NCBI RefSeq assembly: GCF_024521635.1
Contig: NW_026250407.1
Location: 1,240,001 to 1,304,000, forward strand
DNA: 64,000 bases
Origin: Tricharina praecox
Lineage: Eukaryota
Direction: 5' to 3'
This document shows positions 13,453 to 25,815 of this stretch, piece by piece. The notes under the pieces are model-generated. The model was given only the letters and a program-made list of their open reading frames with translations. It was not told the origin of the DNA and did no database searches. Position 1 is the stretch's first letter, and the number at the start of each line of letters is the position of its first letter. Position numbers and translations under genes: made by a program.

Positions 13453-16249
13453 CGTGGTGATGATAGCCAGAGGTTGGAGAGTGAAGAAGAGTGTGAATAG
13501 AGTGAATGTTCGCCGGTATATTAGCAGTACCCACTCCCTCAGAAGGAGGAGGAGGAATTAGAATCGGGACCTTGTTGCAGAGGTATTTGGTACGCACTCC
13601 CGCCGCTCTTTTATGAGTGGCAGGCAGTCGTGGCCACTGCAGTTTTGAAGAGTCCAAGCAAAGATAATCAAAATATTTCGAATCGTCACTCCAGGTTTAA
13701 CTTACCACTAACCATACTTTAGTTGAAGTCTTGAGTGGAATAAGATGTAACCTACTGAAGCTTAACGTCTATATAGACACGACACGACACGACATCAAAG
13801 GAAATGGGATGTCATGACCAGCCAACGGGCGCTGGAGGCTGGGCCCGAAGCTGCCTGCAAAACGCCCAGTACACCAATAAATCGCCATTCAGGACTGCGT
13901 TTCAAACGAGAACTCGAGGTATCCGAACGTCTCGCGGCGCGGATCATGACGGGTCACTCAGACGACCCGTGGTGTGCGAGTAGAGACTGGCAAATGCGTG
14001 GTATACAAGGCGCGAGAGTCGACTTGCGTTGGCTTGTATTTCATGCAATTGTTTAGATTTAGGCGGAGACGTCTTCGAGATGCCAGCCTCGGATGGAAGA
14101 CGTCGATGAATGACGAGGAACAGGGAATCGAGTACGATTCCCTCCATAGTCACCCTCTCCACGACCACTAGGTACTCGAGCTGCATCACCCTTCAGTGAA
14201 GGAGCGGAAAATTAGGCACATAGAGTACGTAGACACTCTCCAGGCTATCCCATGTATAGCCGATCATCCCTAGGGATCTGTCTATGTCGAACCTTGATTA
14301 AGGTTAAATACCTCACTCGTAAGTCGACACTAGAGTATATCTCCGAGACTCTCGAACTCAAGCTTCGTTCCGGAAAATTCCACGACCTTCGTTCCGGAAA
14401 GATGACATCTACATTGTCCAGCTTGGACAAGGGGACTCGATTGACAGGCAGATGAGCTAGGTATCGTGATACCATGTGGTGAGATGGAGTGCCAGTAAGG
14501 AAAGACATCCTAGACGCAGTCATGAGAGATCCGCGGCGGGAATATTGATGGCTCCGAGTAGCTGAAAACAACTGCCGTCGGCATGCAACCCATCTTATGA
14601 AGCGGGCTGAATGTATTTATACCTTGCAGAAGTATGTACATCTGTACATAGGGCGGGTCAACCGATGCGTTTACGAGTCTGCTTACTCCTCGGGGGCTTA
14701 CATGCACCTTAGAACGGCCCAGTCGCACTACTGGTCCAGGCATTTCAATGCTCGCGGTCGTTGACCTCCTCGGAGCTCTTGTCGCGGGGAGGCGGGTTTT
14801 AGTGGTGGTTTTCCATCAGCTCTTCACTCAACTTCAGTTTTTCCGCAGGAGCCAACGCCTCAAGGTCTTGCGGCAAGAATACCGAAGAATTGAGTTGAAT
14901 ATGATAGTACTGGTAGGTATCGCTGCATGTTGAGAATTAGCACGTCGAACGATGGTGGGGGAGGGGGTATCTTCTGTATTCCAAGCCTTAAGGAGGTGGT
15001 GGAGGAGGAAGTGCCAAGAGACTAGTAATCTTTGATGGGTTCCCACCCGAGTGGCAAGGATTCCAAGGAAGTCCCGTCGCAAGCCCTCGCAGCCGAAAGG
15101 TCGAGAATCGGGCGATCACAGGTGGCCGTTAAACTGGCGATTGGCTTTAAGCTTCCAACCCTTGGAACCCGCTCCAGAATCTACCCACCTGTTCTGCAAC
15201 CTACAACATAACCTACAATCTGCCACCTTTAACCTACAACCTTCAAACCTACCGCGGGGAGCAGTACTCTACTTCTACGTGGACTGGCTTAGAATACCTG
15301 GCCGATCAGCCTCTTCTCGACTACATAAGGCGTGGGAAGCTCGACCGAACGCGGGAGTACCACCAAGGGGAGACGACCCGCGACGGCTGACTTCCTGACT
15401 GGCTGACTGGGTATTGCTGCTGCTGCATGCAGTAAACGCAGGGTTCGTGTTCTGGAGTAACTTTTTTCTTTTTAACATTTTTTTTCTTTCGTGCAGAACG
15501 AAGGAACCTAATTCCGGATGGCATGAATGGCACACACAGCTGTTTCCTGCCTGCATTGTCGATGTTGATGTTGATTCAGCCGTTCGTTCCAATGGCGGCA
15601 ACGGCTTCGAGATGCCAACTGCCCTGGAAGGTTGTCTGTGTTTGATGTGGAATTGAGTGCGGACACTGGTAAACAAGCAAGCAAACCACCAAGCAAAACC
15701 ACCAAGTTATGCACTAGCCAGTAATTCGAGCTCCGTCCTCTTCGTCTTCGACTTCAGCCCTTCCGTCCAGCTGCAAGGGGAAACGTGCCGCCCTGTCACC
15801 TTGGAAGTTGGCCTTGGAACAGCTGGCCAAAATAAAATAAGATAAAATAAAAAAAGGCTGACATAATCATCCTCCCTCCGAGCCCCCTCACAATAACCCG
15901 GCTGTTTCTTCGCCCCTGAGCCAATCGTGTCATTCCTTCGTGCTTTTTGTGGAGAACCCCTGCTCGTGCACAGGCTCCCTCACACGCTGCGTTCAGCTCA
16001 GGGATATCGAGCCTTACTAACTGCTCAATCACACGAGAGAGCCTACCTAATAAGCTCCACCTGTCCTTTCACATCGCCCTGTCCCTCCTTCTCCCCCTAA
16101 TAACTAACCCCTTCTTCTGCTCCGCAACTCTCTTGCCAAAATATTTGCTTCCCCCTATCCCAAACTTCGAATTGCAGCAAGTCTCCTCACCGAGTAGACC
16201 CTCCCCCAACTTTCAACTCCATCAACACTCCCCTGAGCAATCATCCATC

Positions 16250-17539
16250 ATGTCGAGCGGACCTACCAAGTACGATGAGCACCAACTTTCTGTTCCCTAG
16301 CTTCATCCGCTAACATTGAGCTTCCGTCTCGTCCAGTGCTCCCACTCCTCCCCAGAGCCGTGCCATTAACGAAATCAAACGGCTGCTCTCCCGAGCGAAC
16401 CCCGACTTCACTACCGCGAAGACGCACCTTTCCAGAGCCATTGGTGGAAACCACTCGACTTTGGAGCCTCTCCGCAATGCTATCCGTCGTCCCAACCTCT
16501 CCGACAGCCAGAAGCTCGAGTTCCTGCTTCTCGCCGTCCCAGATGCCGACAATGCCATCATGAGGCTCTACGGCGACGAATGCTTCGAGCCCACCAGTGA
16601 GGTCTATGGCCATTTCTGGCGTCTGGTTGAGACCAGGGGCTACGTGAGGTTGCTGCTCGACATTGTCGTCTCTGCCGCCGACTGCGGAGAGTACGAGACA
16701 GCCGTCGAGTATGCAAGGCGGGTTCTTGAGATGAACCACGGTGACAATAATGGTTGGTCCTCCTCTGTTTTCCGTCTCGTTCCACCGCTCCCACGGGGGT
16801 GTGGCGGTCCCCCTTAGCAAAGCATCGAAACTGACCGTATGCAGGTATCCGTGACCGCGTCCCCGTTTTCCTCCTCCACCTCAACCGTCCGCTCGAAGCT
16901 CTCAACTTCTGTTTGAGCTGGCTCGACACCGCTCACGACGACTACGACAGCACACGCTACTGCCCCAAGGGCGGATTCGCGCAGCTCGACCGCTACACCA
17001 AGGAAGACCTGAACCCCGACCTGTCCCTGAACATCAAGGTCCAGAACCTCGGTCACACGTCATTGATTTTCACCTCCGCCCTTGCGTGCTTCAACCTCTT
17101 TGGCCCCTGCACGCTCTCCACCAGCTGGCTGCGCGAGGGTAACAAGGCCAACAACCACGTCGTTGACCTGTTGCTCGCGCCGGTCGACACCTGGCCCAGT
17201 GGTCCCAACCCTAGCCCCCGCGGACTTGGGTCCGAGCCCGAGGCCATGGACTACGTTTTCTTCGCCCGGAAGCTCTGGGAGACCGAAGAGCCAAGGGAGT
17301 GGGTTCGTGCCACAGCCGACGATGTCGCCAAGAGGGAGTGCTCGGCGAGAGATTGCAGGAAGGTCGAGGCGCAGCGGGGAGAGTACAAGGTCTGTGCCGG
17401 CTGTAGAGCAAGTTGGTACTGCGGTACCGAATGCCAGGCTATCGACTGGAAGATTGGCCACAAGAGACGGTGCAAGGAAGAGAGGAACATCCGGGAATTG
17501 ACCGAGAAGATGGGTAAGGGAATGCAGTGGGGCAAATAA
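16250..17539 (+). CDS. TPR-like helical domain plus C-terminal MYND zinc-finger protein
   Basis: Introns 16270-16336 and 16753-16844 give a continuous frame. C-terminal CSARDC...CAGC...YCGTECQAIDWKIGHKRRC is a MYND finger. Confidence 0.85.
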
Positions 17540-18690
17540 ACACCAACGCCCCCCGAAAAAGAAAAAGAAAAAAGTAATATTGAAATGCATAGATCTGGGA
17601 ATAAGGGTGAAGTAGGGTTGGCTGCTGGGGAGTTTTTCAGTTCAATTTTTTCATGGATCTGCATGAGAATCATCGCATCGGTTTCTGTTTTTTCTCGGCC
17701 TGTGCCTAGTCGGATCTTGCGATGGTTTCACCCCCTTCTTTGCGGTGTCTGGGGGAGCCTTCAAGTTCTTTCTTATGCGTTTCTCGTTTGTTTTTTTCTG
17801 TCGTTGTGTCCTGCTTTTCTTTCTTTCTCTTGCCTTGAAGGTTTTCTTTCTTAAATTGTAGTTTTAGGCACATGTAGTGGAATCGAAGCAAAAGACTGGT
17901 TTTAGCCACGAAGCTGTGCAGACCAGACCAGCACCCATGGCGGTGCAGACTGGTATGTACATATAAACGGACTGCGGTCAGGTGCTCATATGTACCTCAC
18001 GGGCCGACTTACCGTGCGCACTGGGGGATTCCGGCCGTTTCTGCCGCGACATTACGGGAGTGCTACCGGTGTGTACTAGTAGTTATGCCTACCGTCACCA
18101 GACTCCAGTCGACATGCGATGTGGCCGCTCGTGCGGAAAGTCGAAACACGCGGCAAGTTTAGGGACTGGCAGTATAGTACCTACCATAGTACAGCCGGAA
18201 TCCGGAAATACCTTTTCTCCGCATCGGCCGCCGCCGCCGCTAATGCCCGCACATACGCAACTACTACCAAGAATAGTACCGTAGAGCAACCGGGACGAAA
18301 TGGGATCATGATGGAGTCAATCACGGTCCACAATTCGTGATGTGATGTGATACCGATACCTTTCAAATTTCAAGCATGCATGCATGCGTGCGGATAGCTC
18401 CACCAGACTCCAGAGTCCAGTGTACATACATGGCCAGGCTTTCCATTGTCCAGTGTCCAGTGTCCGCTGTCCGGTCCGAGGCGGACCCGTGGTTTCGGAT
18501 TTCTCGCCCGAGTGTGCTCGTGGAATCTACATACCGTACAGCGAGGATCGGGGTTCTCAGCGGGGCGGCCGGCCTGTAGTCCGGTCCGCTAACCGGCGTG
18601 TACACCTGTTCAGGCTGGGAGCGATTTCGGAAAGCCCACGGCACAGGACTGTAACAGAGCGGGCGGGTAGGGGACCCAAGGCTCGAGGTT

Positions 18691-18978
18691 GATATGGGCG
18701 GATATAGGGGGATATGGGTGGATATGGATTGATATGGGTGGATATGTGAGGATATGGGTGAATATGGATTGATATGTGAGGATATGGATTGATATCGGTG
18801 GATGCGGATTGATATTGGTGAATATGTGATGATATGGATTGATCTGGATTAATATGGTTGGATATGGGAGGATACGGATTGATATGGGTGTATATAGGTG
18901 GATATGTGAGGATACGGATTGATATAGGTGGACATGTGAGGAATATACACCCATATCAATCCATATCCTCACATATCC
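18691..18978. repeat. 10-bp-period minisatellite (GATATGNNNN, ~25 units) with three inverted units at the right end
   Basis: GATATGGGTG/GATATGGATT/GATATGTGAG units at 18691-18940; 18948-18978 is the reverse complement of three units. Confidence 0.85.
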
Positions 18979-19827
18979 AGGCTCTACATAGGTACGGTAC
19001 ATAGGACGGATGATCGGTCCCTGCCATCGGGAAGTGAATACCGGTATCCGTGCGGCGGCTCGGTAGGTGATCGCTGTTGCGGAGTGATCGCCGAACTCGG
19101 GAGGTTGATCTTTGAGGTTTCTTGTCAATGTCTGGTCTGGTCTCTCCTTTCTGCTCTCTGCCGAGTATAGGTAAATAGCAAGCCATGGCGGTCTGTGATA
19201 AGCGTCGGCAGGCCGGTCCGATCTTCAGGCCGAAGTTTCGGAAGCCTGATATACGTATATCTACGCTGGCCCGCGTCGGGTGAAGGTGAAGCCGCCCTGT
19301 TGGAACTTGGAACTCTGGCGAGGTTGTTCAGCTGTTTACATAGACGCCTCGAGCTCACTTTTCCTCCTCTTTTGTCTCAGTGCTTCCTGTGCACAATCCT
19401 GAAGTTGCGAGAAGATTGCGAGAAGACACTGTACACTGACGCAGTTTTCTTGCGGGGAGGGCAGGGCTCTTTACTTCTGGCCATACAGTATGGGAGACAT
19501 GGCTGCAGCAATGTTATCGCTCTGACCACTGACGAGATTGGCTTCTTTGGGTTTTCTGCTTGATTATCTTTGTATTAGACTGTCCTAGATCATGGTAGTT
19601 TCGAGATTGGCTTCTTTGCACGAAAGCAAGACGTGCTTGATGGTAGGACCGAGTGAGATCGCGTGATGCAATGGCCTTGCTTGTCATCACGATATCTCCG
19701 CTGCCCTCTCTCGACAGGTCTTTCTGGTACTGCAAAGTCCTCAATTCCTCATATGCGCATTGCTGCTATATCTAAAAGCACTTACCCACCTTCCTAGTAT
19801 ATCTCTGCTCCACCACGTTCTAGGTAC

Positions 19828-20957
19828 CTACTCCACCTCCGTCATGTGCTTCCTAACACTCTCCACCGTCCTCGCGCCACTTTCGCCCTGCTTCCACATC
19901 TCCTCCTCCCACGCCCTGAACTCATCCCACCACCACGTGTGGGTGACTTCATCTTCGCTGCCGCGCTTCCGTCCGGTATTCCACGGCTTATCGACGATGT
20001 AGTGGCAATTCCTGACCTCGTCGTCACGCCAGATATTCGGATGCCAGTAGCGTGCAGTCTTGATGGCATTGTACTGCCATCCGATGGGCATCCATCGCCC
20101 AAAGAAGAAGTGGGCGAGAAAGTCCTGGTCCGGGAAGCTGAACGTCGGCACCAGCGGCGACGTGTGCAGCACTTCGAGCATGTCCGAGAGCATCCCCCGC
20201 GACGGCGTGAACACCACTAGCCCACTGTTGAGCAGCGTGTGCGTCCGTCGCGAGTCAGGCGTGATTGCCGTCGGCTGCGTCAGTGCCCCCGGGTGCGTCA
20301 GCGGCGTGTACGCGCAGTTGGTCTCAACCCTGGGGAAAGGTCAGTTTGGGTGGCTGCAAAACGCGCGAGAAGGACGCGGGACGCGGGGAGTGGAGGACCA
20401 ACCAGTCTTTGGGTGCCCATGGCTGCCGGTCGAGATTGCACACGCACGCATGGTTGGCGGCTATCCAGTCCGGCGGTAGCGGCAGGTCGAAGAGGTCGTC
20501 GATGTTGCGCATCACCAGCATGTCCCCGTCGATCAACACCGCTCTCTGCTGGCTGCCGTCAGCTCGGAAATCTCTCCGTCGAGCGTTCCCGGGGTGAAGA
20601 GAAAGCGACCTGATACTCATCGAACCCGAATGCAGAGAGTTTCGTCCATGTGTCCTCGAACCTTTCGGCAACAACGTTGACGTGCGTCTTAGGCCCGATG
20701 GGCTGTATATACTTCACCTCCAGCCCCGTGGCCAGGAGCGCGTCGACGGCGTATTGCGGCAGCGAGGGAGTCACGGCGACTACCAGTGGGTATTTCGATT
20801 GCACTTTCTTGAGGGAGTGGCCGAGCAATATTATGCCGGGGAGGTAGGACGGCCGTGTCAGAAGTACTATCCAGGCACCTGGTTTCTTCCCTTGCTCGGT
20901 CGTTCCGAGCTCTGCCGCCGTGAGGGCGGAGGGTGAAATGGGCATGTGGTGATTCAT
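19828..20957 (-). CDS. Glycosyltransferase family 8 (glycogenin/galactinol-synthase-like)
   Basis: YLPG, RFEDTWTKL, DxD motif (IDGD), LNSGLVV, FPDQDFLA, HYIVDKPW. Introns 20546-20609 and 20330-20402. Start is ATG 20957 or 20945. Confidence 0.9.
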
Positions 20958-21530
20958 CGAACTGTCGGTTGGAGCATTCAGCAGCAGCAGCAGCAAGGAG
21001 TGAAGTTCAATGGGTATTTGTGCATTGATAATGGAGCTCGAGTCTTGACGTCAGGTCCGTGCTTCCGAGCGGGGGAAGGGGAAATCGGGGAGAGTGAGAT
21101 TCTGTGCTTCCACCGTAGCACATTAGCTGACTCCGGCCGCGGCCATAGAAGTGACGGCTTACTGATGTAATTCCACTCTACCTGTTGTCCTGATCCCATC
21201 CGGAGAGTTATAAATGCACACGATCCTGACTCTTGGAAAATTTGGACACACTGGAAGCCTGTCATCCTGAGAACGAAGACGACTCACTAACGAGCCTGTC
21301 CCGATGCCGCCAGCCGTACACCGTACCATATATTTGCCATCTTTCCCCATTGCTTGCATGGATAGATTCCACTGCACAACTCCACGAGATTCGATCTCTA
21401 AGGGGCACCTCGTACACACACCCCCTGCGTCGGTCTTTTACGCCCCATTTGATACATCACTCAAGCACAGCACTCTCTGTTAACTCCGCACCAAACTCTA
21501 ACCTACACGAAAAAAGACGACAAGCCCACC

Positions 21531-23631
21531 ATGTCCGGCACACCCGGATCACGTCCTCCTCCTCTCAGGTCTCTGGATTCCCGTACGAAGCTGCGGAGAA
21601 ATAACACCACTGGCTCTTCTCGCCGCTACGACACATTCCGCCGAGCAGACTCGACGGCGCCGCCGATGACAAGAAAGATGACCAGAAGCAGCAAATGGAG
21701 CTTTGGTTCGCTGTCCATGGAGCATGTGGTATTCGCCTGTTTCTGGGTCTTCGGGACTATGGTGACCATGCAGTTTGGCGTCGTGGTCACCGCTTCGAAC
21801 GAGTTCGTTCTCTCTCTCCCCCACCCCGCCCCGCATCTCCATTTATCGCGAAGTCACAGACTAATCCCCCCGCAGTCTTGTCGGCACTAGCGCTCCCCCG
21901 GGCTTGATCCTGTTCGCATATACGCTCCCAAGTATACTGGTGCGGATGCTCGTTCCGTACATTACGTTCCCGGACATAACCATTTCCCGCCTCTTCAGAA
22001 TTGGCGGCGACTATTCCCCGGTTGACGGCAAGAAGGGGACACCGGGAACACCACTGACTCCTCCCACCTACCCGGGCAAGAAGAAGAAGGATGCTCAGCA
22101 GATCGACTACCCCACTCGCCTCACGGTGTGTGCTGCCTCGTCTTTCATGGGTCTACAGCTCCTGGCCTGGTGCGACAATGTTGGTATCCGGATTGTCGGT
22201 ATTGCTTTGGCAAGCTTGTCCAGCAATCTCGGTGACATGTGAGGACCACCCACCCACCCAACTGTGCCGGGAAGGGAAATAAACTGATGGGAGAATGCAG
22301 GTCGTTTTTCCAGCTCTGTACGAGGTTCGGTCCGATGATTAATATGTCCTTCGGCGGGTATGCTGCTGGTAGTGGCGCTGCGGGCCTCATCGGCGCCGGA
22401 TTTTATACCGTGCTTACGAATACGTTCGGTGTGCGGCCCGAGTCTGTGCTTTCCGGAGTCGGACTGGTGCCTACACTGATGCTAGCCACATACTTCTTAT
22501 TGCTACCATCTGAGGCGCAAGTCAAGGCCTACAGTGGCCGAGACGACACTGATGAGGATGAGGAAGCGGAGAACGATGAGCAGGAGTCTGTGATGAAGGA
22601 TTTGAAGCTTGGAGATAAGCTGGAGTTGGTGACACCCATGATATGGGGATACATGGCGCCGTTGGCGATCCAGATGTTTTTGGAGAACATCACGACACAG
22701 GTTCGCATCCGGTTCCTGACCACTGTACCGTACCATGCTGATAGACACAAAGGGAATCCTCCCAACGATCCTCTGGCACCTCCCCTTGTCCGACCGCTTC
22801 CTCAAACTCGCCGGCACAAGCTCACTCTTCAGCATGCTCTTCAACACCACCCGCGACTTCTACCCGACCTTCTTCACAATCTACCAAACCGCAATCTTCG
22901 TCGGCCGCACATCCATCAACATAGTGCGTCTTCCCGGCGGCAACCGTGGCTCGTCAACTGCTTACTACGCCCTGTGCATCACCGAACTGATGTGTTTTCT
23001 CACCATGCTCTTCCAATCCCTCAGCATGGCTTACAGCCCCCCACCGGGCTATGCCGATGCCGACATGCTGGTCCGCTTCTCTCCCGTCTTCATCGCCGTG
23101 GTGATCTTCGCCATGGGCCTCTGCGGCGGGCTGGGAATGAGCAACACCTACTGGCGGGTCTCGAAGAAGCCACTACCATCTGCCGTATGGCAGGCGCTCG
23201 AACGTGCGACATCGAAGCGCACACTCGCCAGGCAGGAGGGAGTAATGACGCCGATGTACCCCGTCGAAAACAGCAACATCTCCGACGAGTCCGAGGGAGA
23301 AGGCGACGACGAAGACTACTTCTTCCAGCGGGACCGACCCAGACCTCGCTTCAGAACTGCATTCTCGTCTCGGTCTGCACCCGGCGAAGGTTACGACACC
23401 ATGCGGATGACGCCGGCTGGGGGCGCCCCTTCGTCGAAGGGGAAGATGGCGGCTAGACCGTTGAAGTGGAGCGAGAAGGATGAAACCCAGGTACGCGAGT
23501 TCCTGGTGAGTACCATCGCACTGCCGGATACGGTGGCCATCATGGTCGCGAGCATTGTGAGTCTGTGGTTGCAGCCGAAATTGTGTGAATTGCAGGTCGA
23601 GGGCGGGAGGGCGCTGTGTAGGGGCGGTTGA
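21531..23631 (+). CDS. BTN1: CLN3/battenin (Btn1)-like vacuolar membrane protein, divergent
   Basis: FWVFG...ASNDLVG...ILFAYTLPSILVR..PY, GIALASLSSNLGDMSF, GYAAGSGAAGLIGA and YQTAIFVGRTS match the CLN3 family pattern. Introns 21803-21875, 22239-22300, 22701-22751. Confidence 0.78.
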
Positions 23632-23929
23632 TCTTGAGGATTTCGAGGATATCTTGTTTCGCATGGATCACCCATGCACATACCATTGTGATTTTCATAT
23701 GTATCGAGAAACATACATACTAGTACAAGCATTTTGGCGAAGACCAAGGAAAGGACCATGGATGGCACTGACCCAGTCGAGTATTAATGATTAAGGCAGG
23801 GTATGAAGTGACGTGAAGTGAAGTGAAGTTCCGATGCAGTAGATGGTATAATATTTACAATGTAGTATCTAACCAAACGCCATTTTCCCAAATACCCAAT
23901 CCATGCCTAACTATCGCCACCTACATCCA

Positions 23930-24747
23930 TCACGACCGATACCCCCTCACCGGCGCCTGGACACCTCTATACCCCCCAGTGTGCACCACCGGCGGTTGTA
24001 GAGGCGGCGGTGGAGGATACTCCTGCAGTCTCGGCGGAGTATATTCCACCTGCTGCGTGACTACCCTTCCCGCACTGAACGGCGCACTGAACGAGGCAGT
24101 ACCGGCATGCGCAAGCCCAAGCCCAGTCTCAAGCGCAGGTTCAGGCGCAGCCGCAAACGGCATCCCCCTCATCCTCCCGTCCTCCTGCTCGTCCGCCATC
24201 TTCTGCGGGTTCATCGAGGGCATTCCCCGACCCTCCTCAACCCGCCGCTCCCCCATCGCAGGCGTCGGCACGAAAAACCCCGAGTCGAGCGGCATGCCCT
24301 TCCGCTCCTTCACCGCCTTGCGCCGCCGCTTGCAGCAGCAGAAGTACGCTCCCATGCATGCCGCCGCGAGTACGCCTGTGCCGCCGACTGCCGCTACGAC
24401 GATTACGGTTGTGGGTAGGGGTTGCGATTTCGCTGCGGGCGCGGTGTTGGTTGGGATTAGGTTGCTGATTATGGGCGTGACGGGGGTGATGGTGGTGACG
24501 GTGGTAGGTGAGGTAGGCGAGGCGGTGGGCGCGAGGGAGAGCGTGGAGGTGAGGGTTATTATCGCTGTGTCTACACGGAGGGTTAGCTGGGGGTTTTGTG
24601 GAGGGGAGGGACAAGGGGATAAGGGGACGAACTGCTGGGCTCGAGGGTGGACGTCACGACTACCGCTTCGGTGTTCTGTGTGTTCTGTGTGTTCTGTGCG
24701 GACGCTGAGACCGCGAGGAGGAGCAGCAGCAGGGACGATATCGTCAT
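23930..24747 (-). CDS. Type I single-pass membrane protein with Ser/Thr-rich ectodomain
   Basis: Signal peptide MTISSLLLLLLAVSASA, intron 24571-24632, S/T/P-rich region, TM segment VIVVAAVGGTGVLAAACMGAYF followed by CCCKRRRK. Confidence 0.8.
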
Positions 24748-25815
24748 GAGCGGCGAATGCATCTTTGTTGAATAAATAGGTGAGTATAATGAAGGTGAAG
24801 GTATCCGCGAATCGAAATGAAAATCCAGCACCCGTCGACCAGCGTGAGTGAGTGAAGTGAGTGAGTAAAAAGTGAGCGAGCTTCAAGCCGTGGAGAAGGA
24901 AACAGACAGACGAGATATGAAGGAAACAAACGAAAAGCGAGTGTTGCGAGTGTTCGGAGTAGTCTCCAACGTGAGCATGGGGTGTTTTATCCAGTCCCCA
25001 GAGGAGGACTCCGCCTCAGGCTGCATCGCGAGTGACCTCCCCCCTCTCCAATTGGCCCGCCACCCCCCTCACTACTAATAGTTACCCCCGGTCGGGAATC
25101 GCTATGTTTCACATCGCAAAAATACGCACACCAAACCGCCCACGGCACCCAAACCGCCCAGCCCGCACGCAGGGGTGCGCACCACCCCGAAAGGCTGAAA
25201 CAGCGACACAGCGAAACAGCCTGGCCGCTGGCGAGCGGGAACGATGAAACTTTCTTGACGGGTGCCGGGAGTCGGCATAGGGATATGTAGGGAATATTTT
25301 TGTTCCGAGAGCGAGGGAGAGCGAGGGCGAGAGCGAGAGGAAAGAAATGTATTTTGACATTCTCCACGCGCTGAAAGGGCGCATAGATCGAGTATGTACA
25401 GACATTGGACGATACGTACTTGCATAGCTGTAGGGCAGCTGCGGCGCGGGTATGTATGCGTGCGAACGTAAGCTCGTCGGAGAGTCGGAGGCGAAGGCTG
25501 AAGAGATCGCGTCCGACGTCCTGGCTTGTGACTTTTTTAATTCCACCTGGCACCCAATCGAAAGTGAAGTAGCAAGAAACGGCAGGATGTATTTGCATGT
25601 GCTACATACGGGCTATGTAGAGTAACTAGCCCCTATCCGGGGCGCAGACCGACAACATTGAACATCCATCATGATCAGCCACATTACACACCGCCACACA
25701 GCACACAAAGCAGAATTAAAGCAGAAGTAAAGAACAAGAACAAGACGAGAAGAGAAGGAACACAGCCCACGAAAAAAAAACCACAATTATCTAGGTATGT
25801 ACTTGGTAGGGTACA

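Noticed and set aside
14245..14950. Possible pseudogene (LTGTP helicase-like word in a minus-strand ORF)
   Set aside because: Only a single short motif, with no other helicase motifs and multiple stops.
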